From positions 7,626,001 through 7,690,000 of the forward strand of contig NC_045138.2 of NCBI RefSeq assembly GCF_008831285.2: a DNA stretch of 64,000 bases, read 5' to 3'. Position 1 is the stretch's first letter. Every line of letters begins with the position of its first letter. The stretch is from Nymphaea colorata (Eukaryota). Shown here one piece after another: positions 50,301-63,358 of this stretch. The notes beneath the pieces are model-generated. The model saw only the letters and a list, made by a program, of their open reading frames with translations. It was not told the DNA's origin and made no database searches. The translations under genes and the position numbers were made by a program.

Positions 50301-53300
50301 GTCCAGTGCACTTTTGGAAGAAGAAAATTAGTGGAGACAAAAGGCTAGGATTAAATGGCTCCGAGAGGGGGACAGAAATACGGCCTTTTTTTAAAGAGTG
50401 GTGAAGGGGCGTCGTGTCAAAAACCAAATCCTCACAATGGAAGAAAGTGGTTTGGAGTTTGAGGACCAAAATATGATTCAGCAAATCTGTTTCAACTATT
50501 TTTCTAATCTTCTTGGCACTACGGATGGCTGGGGTGAGAGTCTTCTAGGTTTATGAGATGGAGAGGTTGTTTCAAAGACAGAAAACCAAAATTTGATTAA
50601 ACCAGTCACTAGAGAAGAGGTAAAATAGGTGGTCTTCGAGTCTGACCCAGACAGCGCTCTTGGGCCAGACGGTTTCCCTGCCTCTTTCTTTAGATTTTAT
50701 TGGAATATAGTGGGGGACGATATTTTTGAGGTCATGCATAGGTCTTTATGAATTCAGGGAAGCTAGTGAAGAAGATAAACAAGTCTATGATATCTCTTAT
50801 TCCTAAACATGAGAGCGCAAAAAGGGTCACTGAGTTTCTCCTGATTGCTCTATGCAACTCATTGTATAAATTCATGTCCAAATTGTTGGCCAATAGGATG
50901 AAAAGCATACTCGCAAGGATTATTGGAAGAGAGCAGAGTGCTTTTATCTGGGGCAGATCTATTTATGAAAATATTATTTTAGCCCATGAAAAATTGTTCA
51001 CAAGCTGCAATCCTCCAAGAGACCTTTTTGCTACTTAAAACTTGGCTTGTTTGAAGCATATAATTTGGTAAATTGGAAATTCCTTGAAAATGCTCTGCAC
51101 AAGGTGGGATTTTCTGAAGCATGGGTTATGTACATCATGTTAAGGGTGGGTATCGGGCCGGGCCGGCTCGGCCCGGCCCATTTAAATTAAAAAAATATTT
51201 TTAAATTATAAAATAACATTTTTTTAATATAAAATGTATTTATTAAGAATAAAAAATATTATTAAAAAAAATTAAAAAATATATATATATATATTTTTAA
51301 CTTACCGGGCCTAAATGGGCCTAGCCAGGCCGGCCTGGCGGCGGCCCGGCCCGACGCCCAGCCTTACGTCATGTCATGTGTCACCTCTGCCTCTGCTTTG
51401 GTCTTAGTTAATGGGGTTCAAGGTGAGTATTTCTACCTTGCTCATGGGCTTCGCCAGGGAGACCCAATATCTCCTTATCTCTTCATTGTCATTATGGAAA
51501 TTTTCAGAAGGGCTATCTTTGGGAGGATGACAAACCGCTTATTTAGGCCTCCCCTCATACCTCATGTGGGTCGTGCCCCCCCTTTTCTTGCCTTTACGGA
51601 TGATGTCCTCCTTTTTAGCGACATTTCACATGTTTCGATAGAGCAAGTGCAAGAAACATGCGGCTCCTAGGGACCAATGCAGGTTTGAAGGTTAACTCCC
51701 AAAAATCTAATATCTATTTTTCTGATGCAGTGCCGGCTGAGGCGAAAGATAGGATTTGTGCCACTCTTGGCTGGCCTTGTGATGCCCTCCCTATGTCTTA
51801 CTTTTGGCTGCCTTTGTTTGTTGGTAAACTTAAGGACGATTGGTACCAACCCCTTATCAACAAGGTTGAAAAATGTCTTCCTTTGTGGAAGTCGGTCACC
51901 CTCTCCTATGCCGGATGACTATGCCTCCTCAAACATCTCCTTAGCAGCGTTATTGGCTTTTGGACGTTAGTCTTTGCTCTTCCAAGAAAGTTGTCCGGGT
52001 TCTTGCCGCATCCATGGCCAATTTTTTATGGGGTGGAGATGGGAACTCTAGAGCAAGGCACCTATTGGCTTGGAACTAAGTCTGCAAACCTTACTCGGAA
52101 GGAGGCATGGGTTTACCACATCTAGAAGAATGGTCTATGGCATGCCGGGTAAAATGGTCCGTTTTCATCTGTGGTCATGAAGTTAATTGAACCAAATTCT
52201 ACCACAAGAAATATGTTACACCAAGGAGTCTATGGGTTATTAAGCCCAAAGCGAAAAAATCTTGGTTTTTCAAGAACTACATAATGTCATGGTATCTAGT
52301 TAAGGGAAATGTTGTGTGGCAGATCAGCCGAGGTAACATAAGCTATTGGTATGGTAAATGGGGAGGCCACATTCTGGCTGATGCTCTCCTAGAAGAGGAA
52401 CTATTATTCCTCCAGGAATCGAGAACAATGACCATCCAATAAATTTAAGAATCTGATCTCTTCCTTGCACCTGAGTTCAGCGCAGTTCTATGTAGGCTTT
52501 ACATGCCTAAACCTCAATTGGGTAGTGGTCCAGATGTTCTCCATTATGTTGGGAGGTTTGCCCTTGATGGTAAGGTGAGAGATACCTAGGAGGATACTAG
52601 AGAGAAGTGGGCTAAGGAAACTTGGAAGGAATTCATTTGGAATAATGATGTTCACCCTCGTGGCGTTGGTTCACTTACATTGCTGTTAATGGTCGTCTCC
52701 CTACTCAAGATAGACAAAAGAAGAGGGGACTATCCCTAGCAAATTGATGTCCTATTTGTACTGCTGCCGAAGAGTGGGCATATGTTGCTGAATGCCGTCT
52801 TGCATGAAAAATATGGAACTTGGCCTCTAAGAAATTTGGAAAGAAAATTGGGGGAGGAAGAAATATCATAGATAAATTAAAGTGTTGGTACAGTTGTAGC
52901 TTCAAGAGAGGATGGGTCACTTGTTGTTGGAGAGTTTGCTTTGAAACAGTAATCTGGAGTATATGGAAATGGAGAAACAAGCGATTTCTTGGGGGAGATA
53001 GCAGAATCACAGACCTGATGTGTTCGTAGATATGGTTGGACTATGCAAGTAGTTTTCTGCCCTTCTTGATTGCCAGCCTAAGGAATTTTTGGAAATGCAA
53101 CTTTGGACCAGTTTAGGCATTCTTCTGGGCGAATGGCTAACCACTCAACCTAACCAGAGAATTATCCAAATAGCATCTAGGAAAACTAATGGTGCTTGCT
53201 GGGTTGCGGTTAAGGTAAATAGAACCAAAGATGTTTTTGACATGGAAAATCCTTTCTGCCGCAGATCAATATCTCCCTTCCCTGAGACAACAGAGATGTT

Positions 53301-53620
53301 AGCTTGGATGCTTCTTCACTTTGACTTCAATGGTTGCTCCACCATAACCATCGGTGCTAACAACAGGAAATGGAAATAGTGGCTTAGCTCTCTTATTGAA
53401 GGTAGAGAGGGAGATAGGTCCGCTCCCCAAATCATGGCTAACAAAGTTCAACTATTATACATCACAAACGAAAATCAAGATGTGCAAACTCTTTCCTTGC
53501 TGCCCTTAGTTTGAGGTTCAATGTATTCACTTGTATAGGTTGCAGTAATTTTTCATTAGTTTTCCTATAAATATTGTTTTTTGGCGTTGTTGGATTAATA
53601 AAGTTTTGGTGGACTCCTCC
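47350..53620 (+). mobile_element. near full-length degenerate L1-type LINE (ORF1 + ORF2)
   Basis: ORF1 has DUF4283-like PLWVRLSGLP and the knuckle FCQMCGVNSH. ORF2 from about 49300 has RNVRG, MGDFN, FTWTN, LFKF, GPDGF, LRQGDPISPYLF, FTDD and a zf-RVT-like region, with multiple stops and frameshifts. Ends approximate; no TSD found. Confidence 0.92.
51141..51366. mobile_element. hAT-type MITE inserted in the LINE RT domain
   Basis: TIRs taagggtgggtatcgggccgggccg and (reverse complement) taaggctgggcgtcgggccgggccg; 8-bp TSD CATCATGT/CGTCATGT; AT-rich core. Confidence 0.92.
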
Positions 53621-54050
53621 AGCAGCTTTGATGCAGAAGAGGAATTGAAATCAGCCGGGTTTTGGATGTTTCCGAACGACAAAATATTTGAAAATTGTTG
53701 CTAACGAACACCATGCAACAGAAGTACGAGTAGACAGTCTTTGATATAGTAGCAGTTATAGTGATACTACATTTATTGTACATTTAAATATTTAGTCATA
53801 TGACAACATGTGGCAGCTGACAAATTTCAATTTTCATATTAATTGAGCAATACTAGTTTATATTTTTCTTCTATGTTTTGCTTTGAAAAGTGGGGCACCA
53901 TAGAAACTGTGCTTGTTCGAAATATGCTGAAAGATTGAATACTGGGGCCTATTCGAATGCTCAAATGACCAAAATGCCCTTGATATAAAAAGTACAAACA
54001 AGGTCAAAAGTGGAAAGAGCAAGTACAACCTCTCACGCAGTCAGTGGTGG

Positions 54051-54920
54051 CTATGTCACAATGGTATGCCCAAATGAGTGGCGTGCCCATATCGGTATGC
54101 CGGTGTGGCAATACCGGTATGCCGGTACGTGCCGGTACATTTGGATCTGGTTTCGGGATGAAACCAGATCCAAACCATATGAAAACCTAAAAACAAAAAT
54201 CGCAACGGTGGCGATTGCTTGCACCAACCTTGGGCGGTGGCAGCGGACGGCGGCTCGGTGTTTGACAACAGTTGCGGTGGATGGCGGCGAGTGCTTGAGC
54301 CTTGCAACAACCTTGGGCAGCGGCGTCCGCTACGTCGGAAGGTTTTTTGGGGTTTTTTTCTTTTTGTGTGTGTGTCTTTTTGTTCTGTCGTTCAGAGGGA
54401 TGCTTCTTTTGAAATCTTCTTTTTTGCGTGATTTATGCGATAACATTGTTGTGGTTTCAGTCTCCCGCTGCTCAAGAATTGTGTATATTTGCCTCTGTGA
54501 AACTGATTTCTTTATATGTTCAAGTTTCTTTCTTTTGTTTCTTTCCCAAGATAAATCTGATGGTAGTAGGTTCCTTTTCTTTTATATCAGAACTGCAATG
54601 TGGTATAACAGTATTTGACTCACTTCTGGGCTAATTTCGTTTTGATCTTCTTGATAGGTAATCTCATACTAATTGAGATGCTTTTATGTATAAGCTGCCT
54701 ATTTAATTTATCAAGCAGAACCTTCATGACTTATGAGATTATCTATGGATTAATGGAAGGAACATTGTCTTAGTGTGATGATATCATTTGGTTTTTTCAA
54801 ATTTTTGAATTAAAAAAATATAATAATATATAATATTCACCATACCGCCATACCAAGATTTACGAAAATGCCATACCAATACCCGTACCCCGCACTCGTA
54901 CCCGTACCATTGTGATGTAG
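54051..54920. mobile_element. non-autonomous hAT-like element (gtacc/ggtac subterminal repeats)
   Basis: TIRs ctatgtcacaatggta and taccattgtgatgtag; flanks AGTGGTGG/GTTGGTGG match at 6 of 8. Confidence 0.78.
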
Positions 54921-55019
54921 GTTGGTGGCTTATTTACTAACGGTCAAACAGGGAAGTGATTGTCCAACCCAAACTGTCATGAAGCGGGTGTTGGCAGCCC
55001 TCTAGCATTACATATAACA

Positions 55020-55266
55020 TAAGCCTGGGCATGGGGCTGGTCCACCCGGCCTGGCTTGATAAGAAGTCGAGCTTGAGCTGGCCTGACACCCGAAACCTGG
55101 GTCCAGCTCAATACCTAAAACCCAAGCCCGAGTCTGGCCTGATAAGGAGTCGGGCTTGGGCCGGCCCAACACCCAACCCGGTGCCTTTTTATCAGGCCCA
55201 AGCCCAGGCCCAAGTCGGGCCGAGTACCAGATATCTGTCAGGTACCCGACCCGACGCGCAGCCTCA
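55020..55266. mobile_element. hAT-type MITE (GGCCC-rich)
   Basis: taagcctgggcat ... gacgcgcagcctca termini resemble 51141-51366; TSD degenerate. Confidence 0.7.
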
Positions 55267-55906
55267 ATAATAACTTAGAAGTGTATCAGGACACGTTCGG
55301 ACAAAGGAACATGGTGTGAGTGTTACATGAATCTGCATGACTTAGAAGTGCATTAAGGAGGTGTTTGGACAAAAAAAAAAAAAAAGTCTGGTAGTGTCAT
55401 GTAAATATGCTTCAAAGGTTGAGGTAAATTTATGAAACACATTGCTCCATTGTTTTTTGAATTTGTCATTGTCTTTGAGGTAGGTTCATTAAACACTCAC
55501 ATACATTCCAAAGAATGTAGCACTCTTGTTACTTAACACCCTCTAACTTGATAGCGTAAGGGAAAACATTACTGATCCAGGGGTTTTATTGCTAAGTTTC
55601 CCACCTAATTAAGTTTCTCAAACTCTTTCAAAGGAAAGAAATGAAAAAAAAAAAAACGAAGACAAAGTCTTTAGAGATCAAAGATGATGGTCATCATCAC
55701 TCGAGCTCATGAGGGATATCAGTAGAGGTCTAGAAAGTTCATGATAGTGTAATTAGTGACTTCCTCTATCTACAAGGGAGGGCAATATGCTCACTTCTCA
55801 TTTTAAACAAAAATCGAGATATCATCTTGCTTAGTCAATTGGGTATGCACATGCCAAACTTTTTATTCACAGTTAAGAGCATTAACTATGAAACTAATTA
55901 TGTGTA

Positions 55907-56306
55907 TAAGGATGTCAATATATCAGATTTGAGTCAGATATCCAAGCAAAGCAAACCAATCTGAAAAAATTTAATGTCCAATTAGGAAATCAGATCGGAT
56001 TCGGATTTAATAAATGGCATCCAATCATATTTGGATATACATAAATATTTGACCGGTTTGAGATTCAGATATACATAAATATTTGATTTGATTCAGTTCG
56101 GATTGGATTCATTTTTAGGCAAATATCATGTATCTAATGTTATTACATTTTGAAAATTGGTAAAATCCAGTTCAAAATTTGGATTCGGATATGACTTTTC
56201 TTTCTTTGTATTTGAATCCGAATTCGAATCCGAATATGTGAATATCTAAAAAAGGGGATATGATTAAGGGTATATTCGATCCGAATCCGATCCGTTGACA
56301 TCCCTA
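55907..56306. mobile_element. hAT-type MITE (ATCCGA-rich)
   Basis: TIRs taaggatgtcaa and ttgacatcccta; TSD TATGTGTA/TATGTGTC. Confidence 0.88.
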
Positions 56307-57027
56307 TATGTGTCATAGTTCACTAAAATAAAACTGATATTTATTGACGCAAGAAATAATCTCCAATTTGAAACCTATATGTTGTGTCTTTTATCAAAAT
56401 GTCCAATTTACTATACTTGATCTTAGCCAAAAGGCCGAGAAAGGTATCAAAACATCCAATTTAAATGTTCTCTATGGGAGATAGGAACATTAAAAATTTA
56501 ACCAATTACATGCCAAAAAGTAAAGCCAGAGAAGGTGGTTTAGTAGAGCTGGCCTTGGTTGCCATGCATGCAATCACTGGCTTGAACCCTATCGATGGTG
56601 TCAATGAGATGTCCTTGAGGTTTTTAGGTACTCGCAAGGGAGTTCAGGTTTTTGTTTCCTTTGGTACTCATGTATTGTTTGAGATCGATGAGATACCCAT
56701 AAAGGATTTTTTTTATCATTATACCAAAAAATAATGTCAACTTTTAACTATTTTAAAAATATATTAGTATTCTTATTTTTGATGTTTTTATTTACTTATA
56801 ATCTATTTTTTCAAAATTAATTTTTTTATATTTTTGGCTGATTTGAATCGATGAACCAACAACCCTGCCCATTCAATTCATATCCTACTTTCACAACACT
56901 GTCCAAGAGGGTATACCAATTATCAACTCTTTGCACTATTTGTTTGTGTCATACATTTGGGATCAATGGACTGATTGAATCAAGGCATGCTTATGACAGC
57001 ATGTGCTTTCCTGATCATTAAGCAAGT

Positions 57028-57441
57028 TAGGGATGTGATAGATCGTATTCAAATCAGATATACTCTTTAACGGTATTCGATTTTTCAAACATTCACATAT
57101 TTGGATTCAAAGTCAGATTTGGATATAAAATAATAAGTCATAACTGAATCTGAATTCCAAATCTAATTTCACAAACTAGATCCGATCCAAATCTAATTCT
57201 CACATTTATATCTAAATCCAAAATTCAAACCAAAGCCAGTCGATTTTTGAAAAATAAGAACATTGGATATAAAATATTTATTTAAAATTAAATCCAATCT
57301 GGATCCGCTCAAGTGTTTATGTATATTGAATTTTAATCTGAACCCGTTTGGATGAAATCTGAATCTGATCCAATTTCTTAACAGGATATTTGTTGTATAT
57401 ATATATATATATATACCAAATCAGATCTCTTGACATCCCTA
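57028..57441. mobile_element. hAT-type MITE (ATCCGA-rich), opposite orientation
   Basis: TIRs tagggatgtga and tgacatcccta; TSD AAGCAAGT/AACCAAGT. Confidence 0.88.
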
Positions 57442-57694
57442 AACCAAGTCCATTGCTATGTTAATGCTGACAATTAGATTTGTAATTATGATTAGTTTAT
57501 ATACATACATTTAGCTACAAATGTTATGAGAAATATTGCCTTGAAAAAGTAAAAGAATGTTGATAAACTCGGTGGAATGACTTCTTTAGCGGCACTAATT
57601 CATCATAATGTACCTCGTTGTAAAAACACTTTGCCTGACTAAGGGGTGCTATTGAAAAAAAAATTAGGCATGTCAAAAATACGTAGTTAATTGT

Positions 57695-57787
57695 CTGGGG
57701 GTAGGGGCCAGCATTGGGGGCTGCACTGGCCTGGGATTTGAAGTCGAGCCTGGGGCTTGCTGGGCCCGGCTCAATGCCCACCCTTAA
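57695..57787. mobile_element. remnant of the GGCCC-rich MITE family
   Basis: Ends ...ggcccggctcaatgcccaccctta, like the TIR at 51141. Confidence 0.5.
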
Positions 57788-60700
57788 CTAAGGGGCACCA
57801 TATTTCACTTAATAGGCCAGTGATAGTCCAGTCATCAGTTTGATTTCCATATGTGCTACTTTTTTGGACTACAAAAGGTGGTATGTATTACGGTCAAATT
57901 ATAACCATAAGTTCATCCAGGTCCCAACGCAGTTCTAGACCCTGGGGTACGAGGAATGAAGGGTACTTTCGGCTCTCACTTGGGTGGTGGGGTTCTGGTC
58001 GCTCATCCAAACTGAGAACTTTAGATCCTAAACACAAATTGATGCATCTAAATTTTGCAGTGAGAGATCTCGGATACAGAAACGAAATAAGTTGAAATTT
58101 TAGATCCTAAACTTTGCAGACTATACTACGAAGAGATAGAATAGTTCTAAGAAATAACAAGACTGAAATTTGACTAACTGAAGTAAATGCAAGAGAAAAA
58201 AAGGAAATTATCACTAAAATTTTCTCAAGCCAAGATCCAATAGCTCTCTCTTACAAATGATCCCAAGGCTCTTTAATTTGGATTTGTGATCTAGGAGAAG
58301 ATCCATACCAAAGTTCAAATTTTATCAAAGTATCTAAAATTTGAAATGAATTTTTAATGTAATTTCAATCCTTCCAAAAATGGAGAGATTGGAAGGGAAA
58401 GGAACGGATGTTCATTTTCTTTCCTTTCTTCTCCATTCCCTCCCCATTAACTTTCCTTGCCTTTCTTCCCGTTTCCCTTCCATCTATTCATTTTCATAAC
58501 AGATCCAGAAACAGTGTTTATTTCCGTATTGAAATTTTCATGACAGTCTTTTTATTTACATGTAGGTAACCCTTTAAAATTTTAAAACCATATAACCAGT
58601 GCCTCTTAACCTGAACTTTCTGGTTCTAACTCTTACCTGAACCCAAAAAGAAAAAAAAAACTTGTTAAAACAATAAAAATGAAATTCAGTGTCAGATTGT
58701 AATGTCCAAAAGTTTTCAGCTAAGGTTTTTTATTCATGAGGTTAACAAAAATCAACCTTCAAGTTCTTATTCAATAGCTTTCGTAAAAAGCGAATCCATA
58801 TATTATTAAAAAAACATAAGTTCTCCCTTTTCCAATTATAAACAAAAGGCAATACCAAAAATGAAATTTATCCAACAAAAGAACATCTGAAACAAGAGTG
58901 CACAACATAAAACGAAGCTATATTTAAGCAATTAGAAATAATTAACATGCAAATCTCATAGTAAGGAGAAGCAATATTTTAAAACAAACGATACTTTGAA
59001 AATCACTTAAATTTCAAGGCTCCACGAGTTTGAAAATAACACCAAAAAAAAAAAACAAAAAAGCAGAAATTTGTGACAGTGATCTGCAGCCAACAGTTTT
59101 CCGAGGAAAAAGATTTATTTCTGTTGGCAGTTCCGTGTTCTTCCTGACCGATATGTGTGTGTGTGTGTGTGTTTCAAAAGAAGCAGACAATGACAAAGAA
59201 AGACAGATGTGCAGCCTTATCACATTGCATTAAATATGTCAAAGGATATCCTTATCATTGTGCTTATTCCTTCCATGCAGATATGTTTTATAATTCATAA
59301 ATAAATGATTATTTTTGAAATTTTAAAACACAACCACTGTTGATGGAATCGGTTTGTACCACGACTCTTCGTACCAGTGAGTCGTAGCTCGTACCAGTAG
59401 CAGAGGCCACACAAATTGCTTTATTTATATATGGATACCTCTTTAATTTATATTTATTTATTTAAAAGCATCTTTTAAAGTTTAAAATTTAAATCATCAA
59501 TCTCTTTTAACCAAAAAATTCTAGCACCGCTACTAACTCAACTCAGTGGCCTCTCACGAAGGAAAGATCCTGCCCGATTCGGCTGGTATTCGGCCCTTTG
59601 TTCAACCGATACACGCCGGTTTGGTACAGACGATACCCGCTTGGTTGTAAAACGATTCAGTTCGGGTGCGACACCGACACAGAGGCGAACCTTTTTACAG
59701 TGTACAACGAGGTGAATGGCTTTTCAAAATGATGCAGATACAAAGCCGTATCGTCCGTATTGAATCGGTCTATATATCTAACAAATAAATAAAGCTAATT
59801 TAATTTTTTTTAAAAAGAGAGAGAGAGAGAGAGAAGGAGATTCTTGTCGGCTGGGGCTACGTATCGGCCGATCCTAATTATGACAAACAGACAGGCAACT
59901 TTTACTTGTGAAATATACATTTCTATTAATTCTTATGACCCTTTACCCATTAATGATGTCTAGGATTGATTTTAGACAAAATATATATAAACATTCTACC
60001 ATGTTTGTAAATACTAATTCAACATAAAACACGTTTTAATTCAAATTGTTTTTAGGAAAGACACCTATTTTCTGCATAAAAAATTTGATGTCATTAGAGC
60101 AGTTCAATTTTTTTTATTACTACAAAAACATGTTAAACTCAAAAATTGACTGATTTAATTTATTATTCTAATTAAAAACACTTCATTTGTACATCCCTCA
60201 GCTATGCTACACGGATCGAAACTAGAAATTTACATCTTTCATTTAAGATAGCCTTTCCAACCACACTATAAGAAACAAAATTTGTTGTTTCGAGAAACTT
60301 TCCTGCCAATGAACAGAAGATCCTGAGAACATTAGTTCCAGCTACGAAACGCTATTTCATCATCCCTATCTATCCGCTAGAAGTTGGAAGGAATGACAAA
60401 GACAATATATAATAAAGAAATTGGCTCAGAGGTTTATTTTATATTTTATTTTTTTATTGATAGGTGAACCTACTTGGATTTATACTTAAAAGAAACTCAC
60501 CTAAATATTACAACTCTCAGTCTCCTTCAACTTAAAATATTTTCAGCAGTGCCCCTCAAGTTGAGGAACAGTCAGCATGTTAGGCGTCTAACATGACACT
60601 GCATGCTAGTGATGTAAATGACAAATATACCCTTTATTATAAACCATAAGGCTTCCCCCATTATAAAGGTAAAAGTAAAATTTAAAATTGTTTTTTATGT

Positions 60701-62693
60701 AAAATGGAATACCCATCTGCTGCAATGGTAAAACACAGGTTCCTACAACATACAATGCAATTCAAGAACGTTATATGCAGCATGTAAAAGTGTCATATCC
60801 TCCTACCTTTCATAAATATATTTATTGTTTATTTATTTATTTTTTCTTGGTTTTTATATATAGGGAAACGAACAAATAAAAATTGGAGAATTTTCAATTT
60901 TGGACCTAGTTTTTTCCCACCATTTAAGGAAAAGTTTGGTGGGACTTATTAAGTTTCAAATTCGAATAGAATGATTCTTATGAAAAATTTAATATTATAG
61001 ATTAATACGATGATGAAGATTTAATTTTATAGATTAATATGATGATGCTTTTCGATCTTCCCAATAACACGGAAGTCACTCACTCTCTCTCTCTCTCTTT
61101 TGGTTGCCAATATTTTATTAGAAGTATATGCGAAACTATCTTTCATTTAATTCTTAGAATTAGCACAATTTTTTTTAATATACGTGATTTAATTCTGGCG
61201 AAGTTTATAAAAGTTAGGTTTTATGAAAACAAAGCTTTTTAATGAGTTTTCGAATCTTTATTTATTTGCTTTGATGATACATCAAAACCTAGGTTTTCAT
61301 GAATAACTTGAAGGGGGCTCAGGTTTTTCACTCCCTTTTAAAAACTTCAGGTTTTACCAAAACTAGGATTTTTGAAGCCCAATTTTGATGTTAAGTGAAA
61401 TAAGGATATTAAGTGTGGATTTTAATTTAGAGTAATCAAACACACTGCCAGTTATGGCTTTTCGAATAAAAAAAACCTAGTTTTGGAGGATCATCCAAGT
61501 GATTCCAATGCCAATTGCTTTTGAAAATATAGTAATGGTAAAAAAATTAGTAATGATGAGATCAACATGGTAGTGATTTTGAAAATACCAACTTTTGTAA
61601 TGATGCTTACATTTCCACATGTTCTTCCTTTTTTTTCAATAAAAAACAAAAAAAAACTTCATGTCAAATCACATTCCTAAATGGACTTGACATATATGCT
61701 TCCTTTTCGTTGATTGCATCTATTCCTATTCAATGATAAATCCCACAAAAAATGCACACAAAAATATAGCCCTTTGAGTTCCTTTTTTTTTCATTAAATA
61801 AACCAAGGGAAATTCCTGACAATGAACTCTTCAAAATCGACCTTTTTCTGGATTTTTTTTAATTTTTGTTTAAAAAGTAAGAACTTTAATATCTGATAAA
61901 TTAGAAATGCTAGTATTTTAGGATTCAGGTCTATGAGAATTGTTGCTATACAACATTTCTTTTGACCTTTTTTAAACTTAAGAGGAAGGGCTTTAAGTCG
62001 AACTGCTAATCAAGATGTTCTCGAATCCGCCCATAAACATTACGGTTCTGCATTGGTTTGATAGGATTAAAACATGTGGAAAGATCTCCAATTCTATTTT
62101 ATTGTAGAATGTGGGATTATTTTATTTTAGCGGAAAATTATCATAAACCTTTTGACAGATATTAAAAAAACACACATGCTCAAATCTAAAATAAAATAAC
62201 TATCATAAACTCATGCATTTTTTATTTTATTTTAAATCAATTATTTGCTAGGTAAAGGGGTTGGAATGAGCGATATCTTGAGAGAACTAGAAATTAGATT
62301 AAAAAAAAAAAAACAGAGCAAACGAAAGACAAAGGAGAGGGCCAATTTGTCATTGACGTGGAACCTGTGCCAAATGGTAAGTTCACTGTGTCCTTGACCG
62401 CTCTCCTGTCTATGGATCTTGAAGGTGCGTTTCGTTCGTTCGTTTTGAGAGTGACAAAGGAGAGAAGAGGCAGAGGGTCTCCAAATCCAATCATCTGTTC
62501 TTGACGCTGCCATAACAAGAACAGTACGGCCTCTGGTTTATTATTATTCGGAGCGCACGACGAGGTTCGATGGTGGTGAGAAACAAATGGAGGCAGACGT
62601 CTCCATCCTTCACTGCCGCGTTTTTCTGCGTCCACTCTTTCGCTTCTCTCCCATTTCGTGGAATTCTGCTCTGTATAGATACGTTGCTCTGAG

Positions 62694-63113
62694 GTACTCT
62701 CTCTCTTTCTCTCTCTCTCTTCCCCACACCCCGAACTTTTTTTGCCTTTTCGTGGTTGTTTTTTTGTTCAGAGTGATACCCCTGTTTGAATTCGTTCTGT
62801 TTCCTTTAATTCTTTGCTTTTGGTTTTGTGGGTTGTAGTTTTCTTGTTTTTTTTGGTGATTTTTCTGATTGTCCTTCAAGACTTTATCAGGGATTAGTTG
62901 AAATTTTTGTAGCCTTTGGCGTTTTGTTATTTAGATCTTCTGCACTTGTTCGTTTTTCTTGTGTGTTTCAGTAGGACCTTTATTGTTCTTTTATTCAGAT
63001 ATTAATTTCTTGGTTTTCTTCGTTCTTGATTTCTGAAGAGTCCGTTTTATCTTTCGGTTTTCTGACCTGAAGATTTCTTTGTGGTGACACTTTGGCCTTG
63101 TTTTGTCCTGCAG
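62694..63113 (+). other. probable 5' UTR intron of the RMR-like gene
   Basis: GAG|GTAC donor at 62694, CT/T-rich body, gtcctgCAG acceptor ending 63113. Confidence 0.6.
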
Positions 63114-63201
63114 CTTCATGGTTTAGTTAGTGGCTTGAGCTACTTTGTGGCGAACTGGAAGCTTAAGAAGCCGAATAAGCCTTTTGTGGTTAATTATCAC
63201 C

Positions 63202-63358
63202 ATGGGATTGGGATTTCCAGGAGGACATAGAGAAGGATACATAGGCCTTCCCGTCTTGTGGATTACTATATTTTTCATTATGGGCACGACAACTGCAAAC
63301 TTGGTCTTGATTGGGAAGAACGTTTCTTTAACATTCGAGGATATGGAAGCGAGCTTCA
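63202..63358 (+). CDS. RMR: first coding exon of a receptor homology region-transmembrane-RING (PA-TM-RING) protein; gene continues beyond the window
   Basis: MGLGFPGGHREGYIGLPVLWITIFFIMGTTTANLVLIGKNVSLTFEDMEASF then an A|GTAAG phase-1 donor. The signal peptide plus ANxVLIGxNVxLxFxDxEAxF matches my recollection of the RMR2-like N-terminus. Confidence 0.8.

Noticed and set aside
54010..54618. 202-aa ORF
   Set aside because: Non-ATG start, lies largely within a TIR-bounded non-autonomous element, low-complexity composition.
58375..58490. Purine/pyrimidine fold-back containing TCTTTCCTTTCTTCTCCATTCC, loosely like miR482
   Set aside because: About five mismatches to recalled miR482 sequences, poor star pairing and low complexity; the context resembles a decayed Tourist-like MITE.
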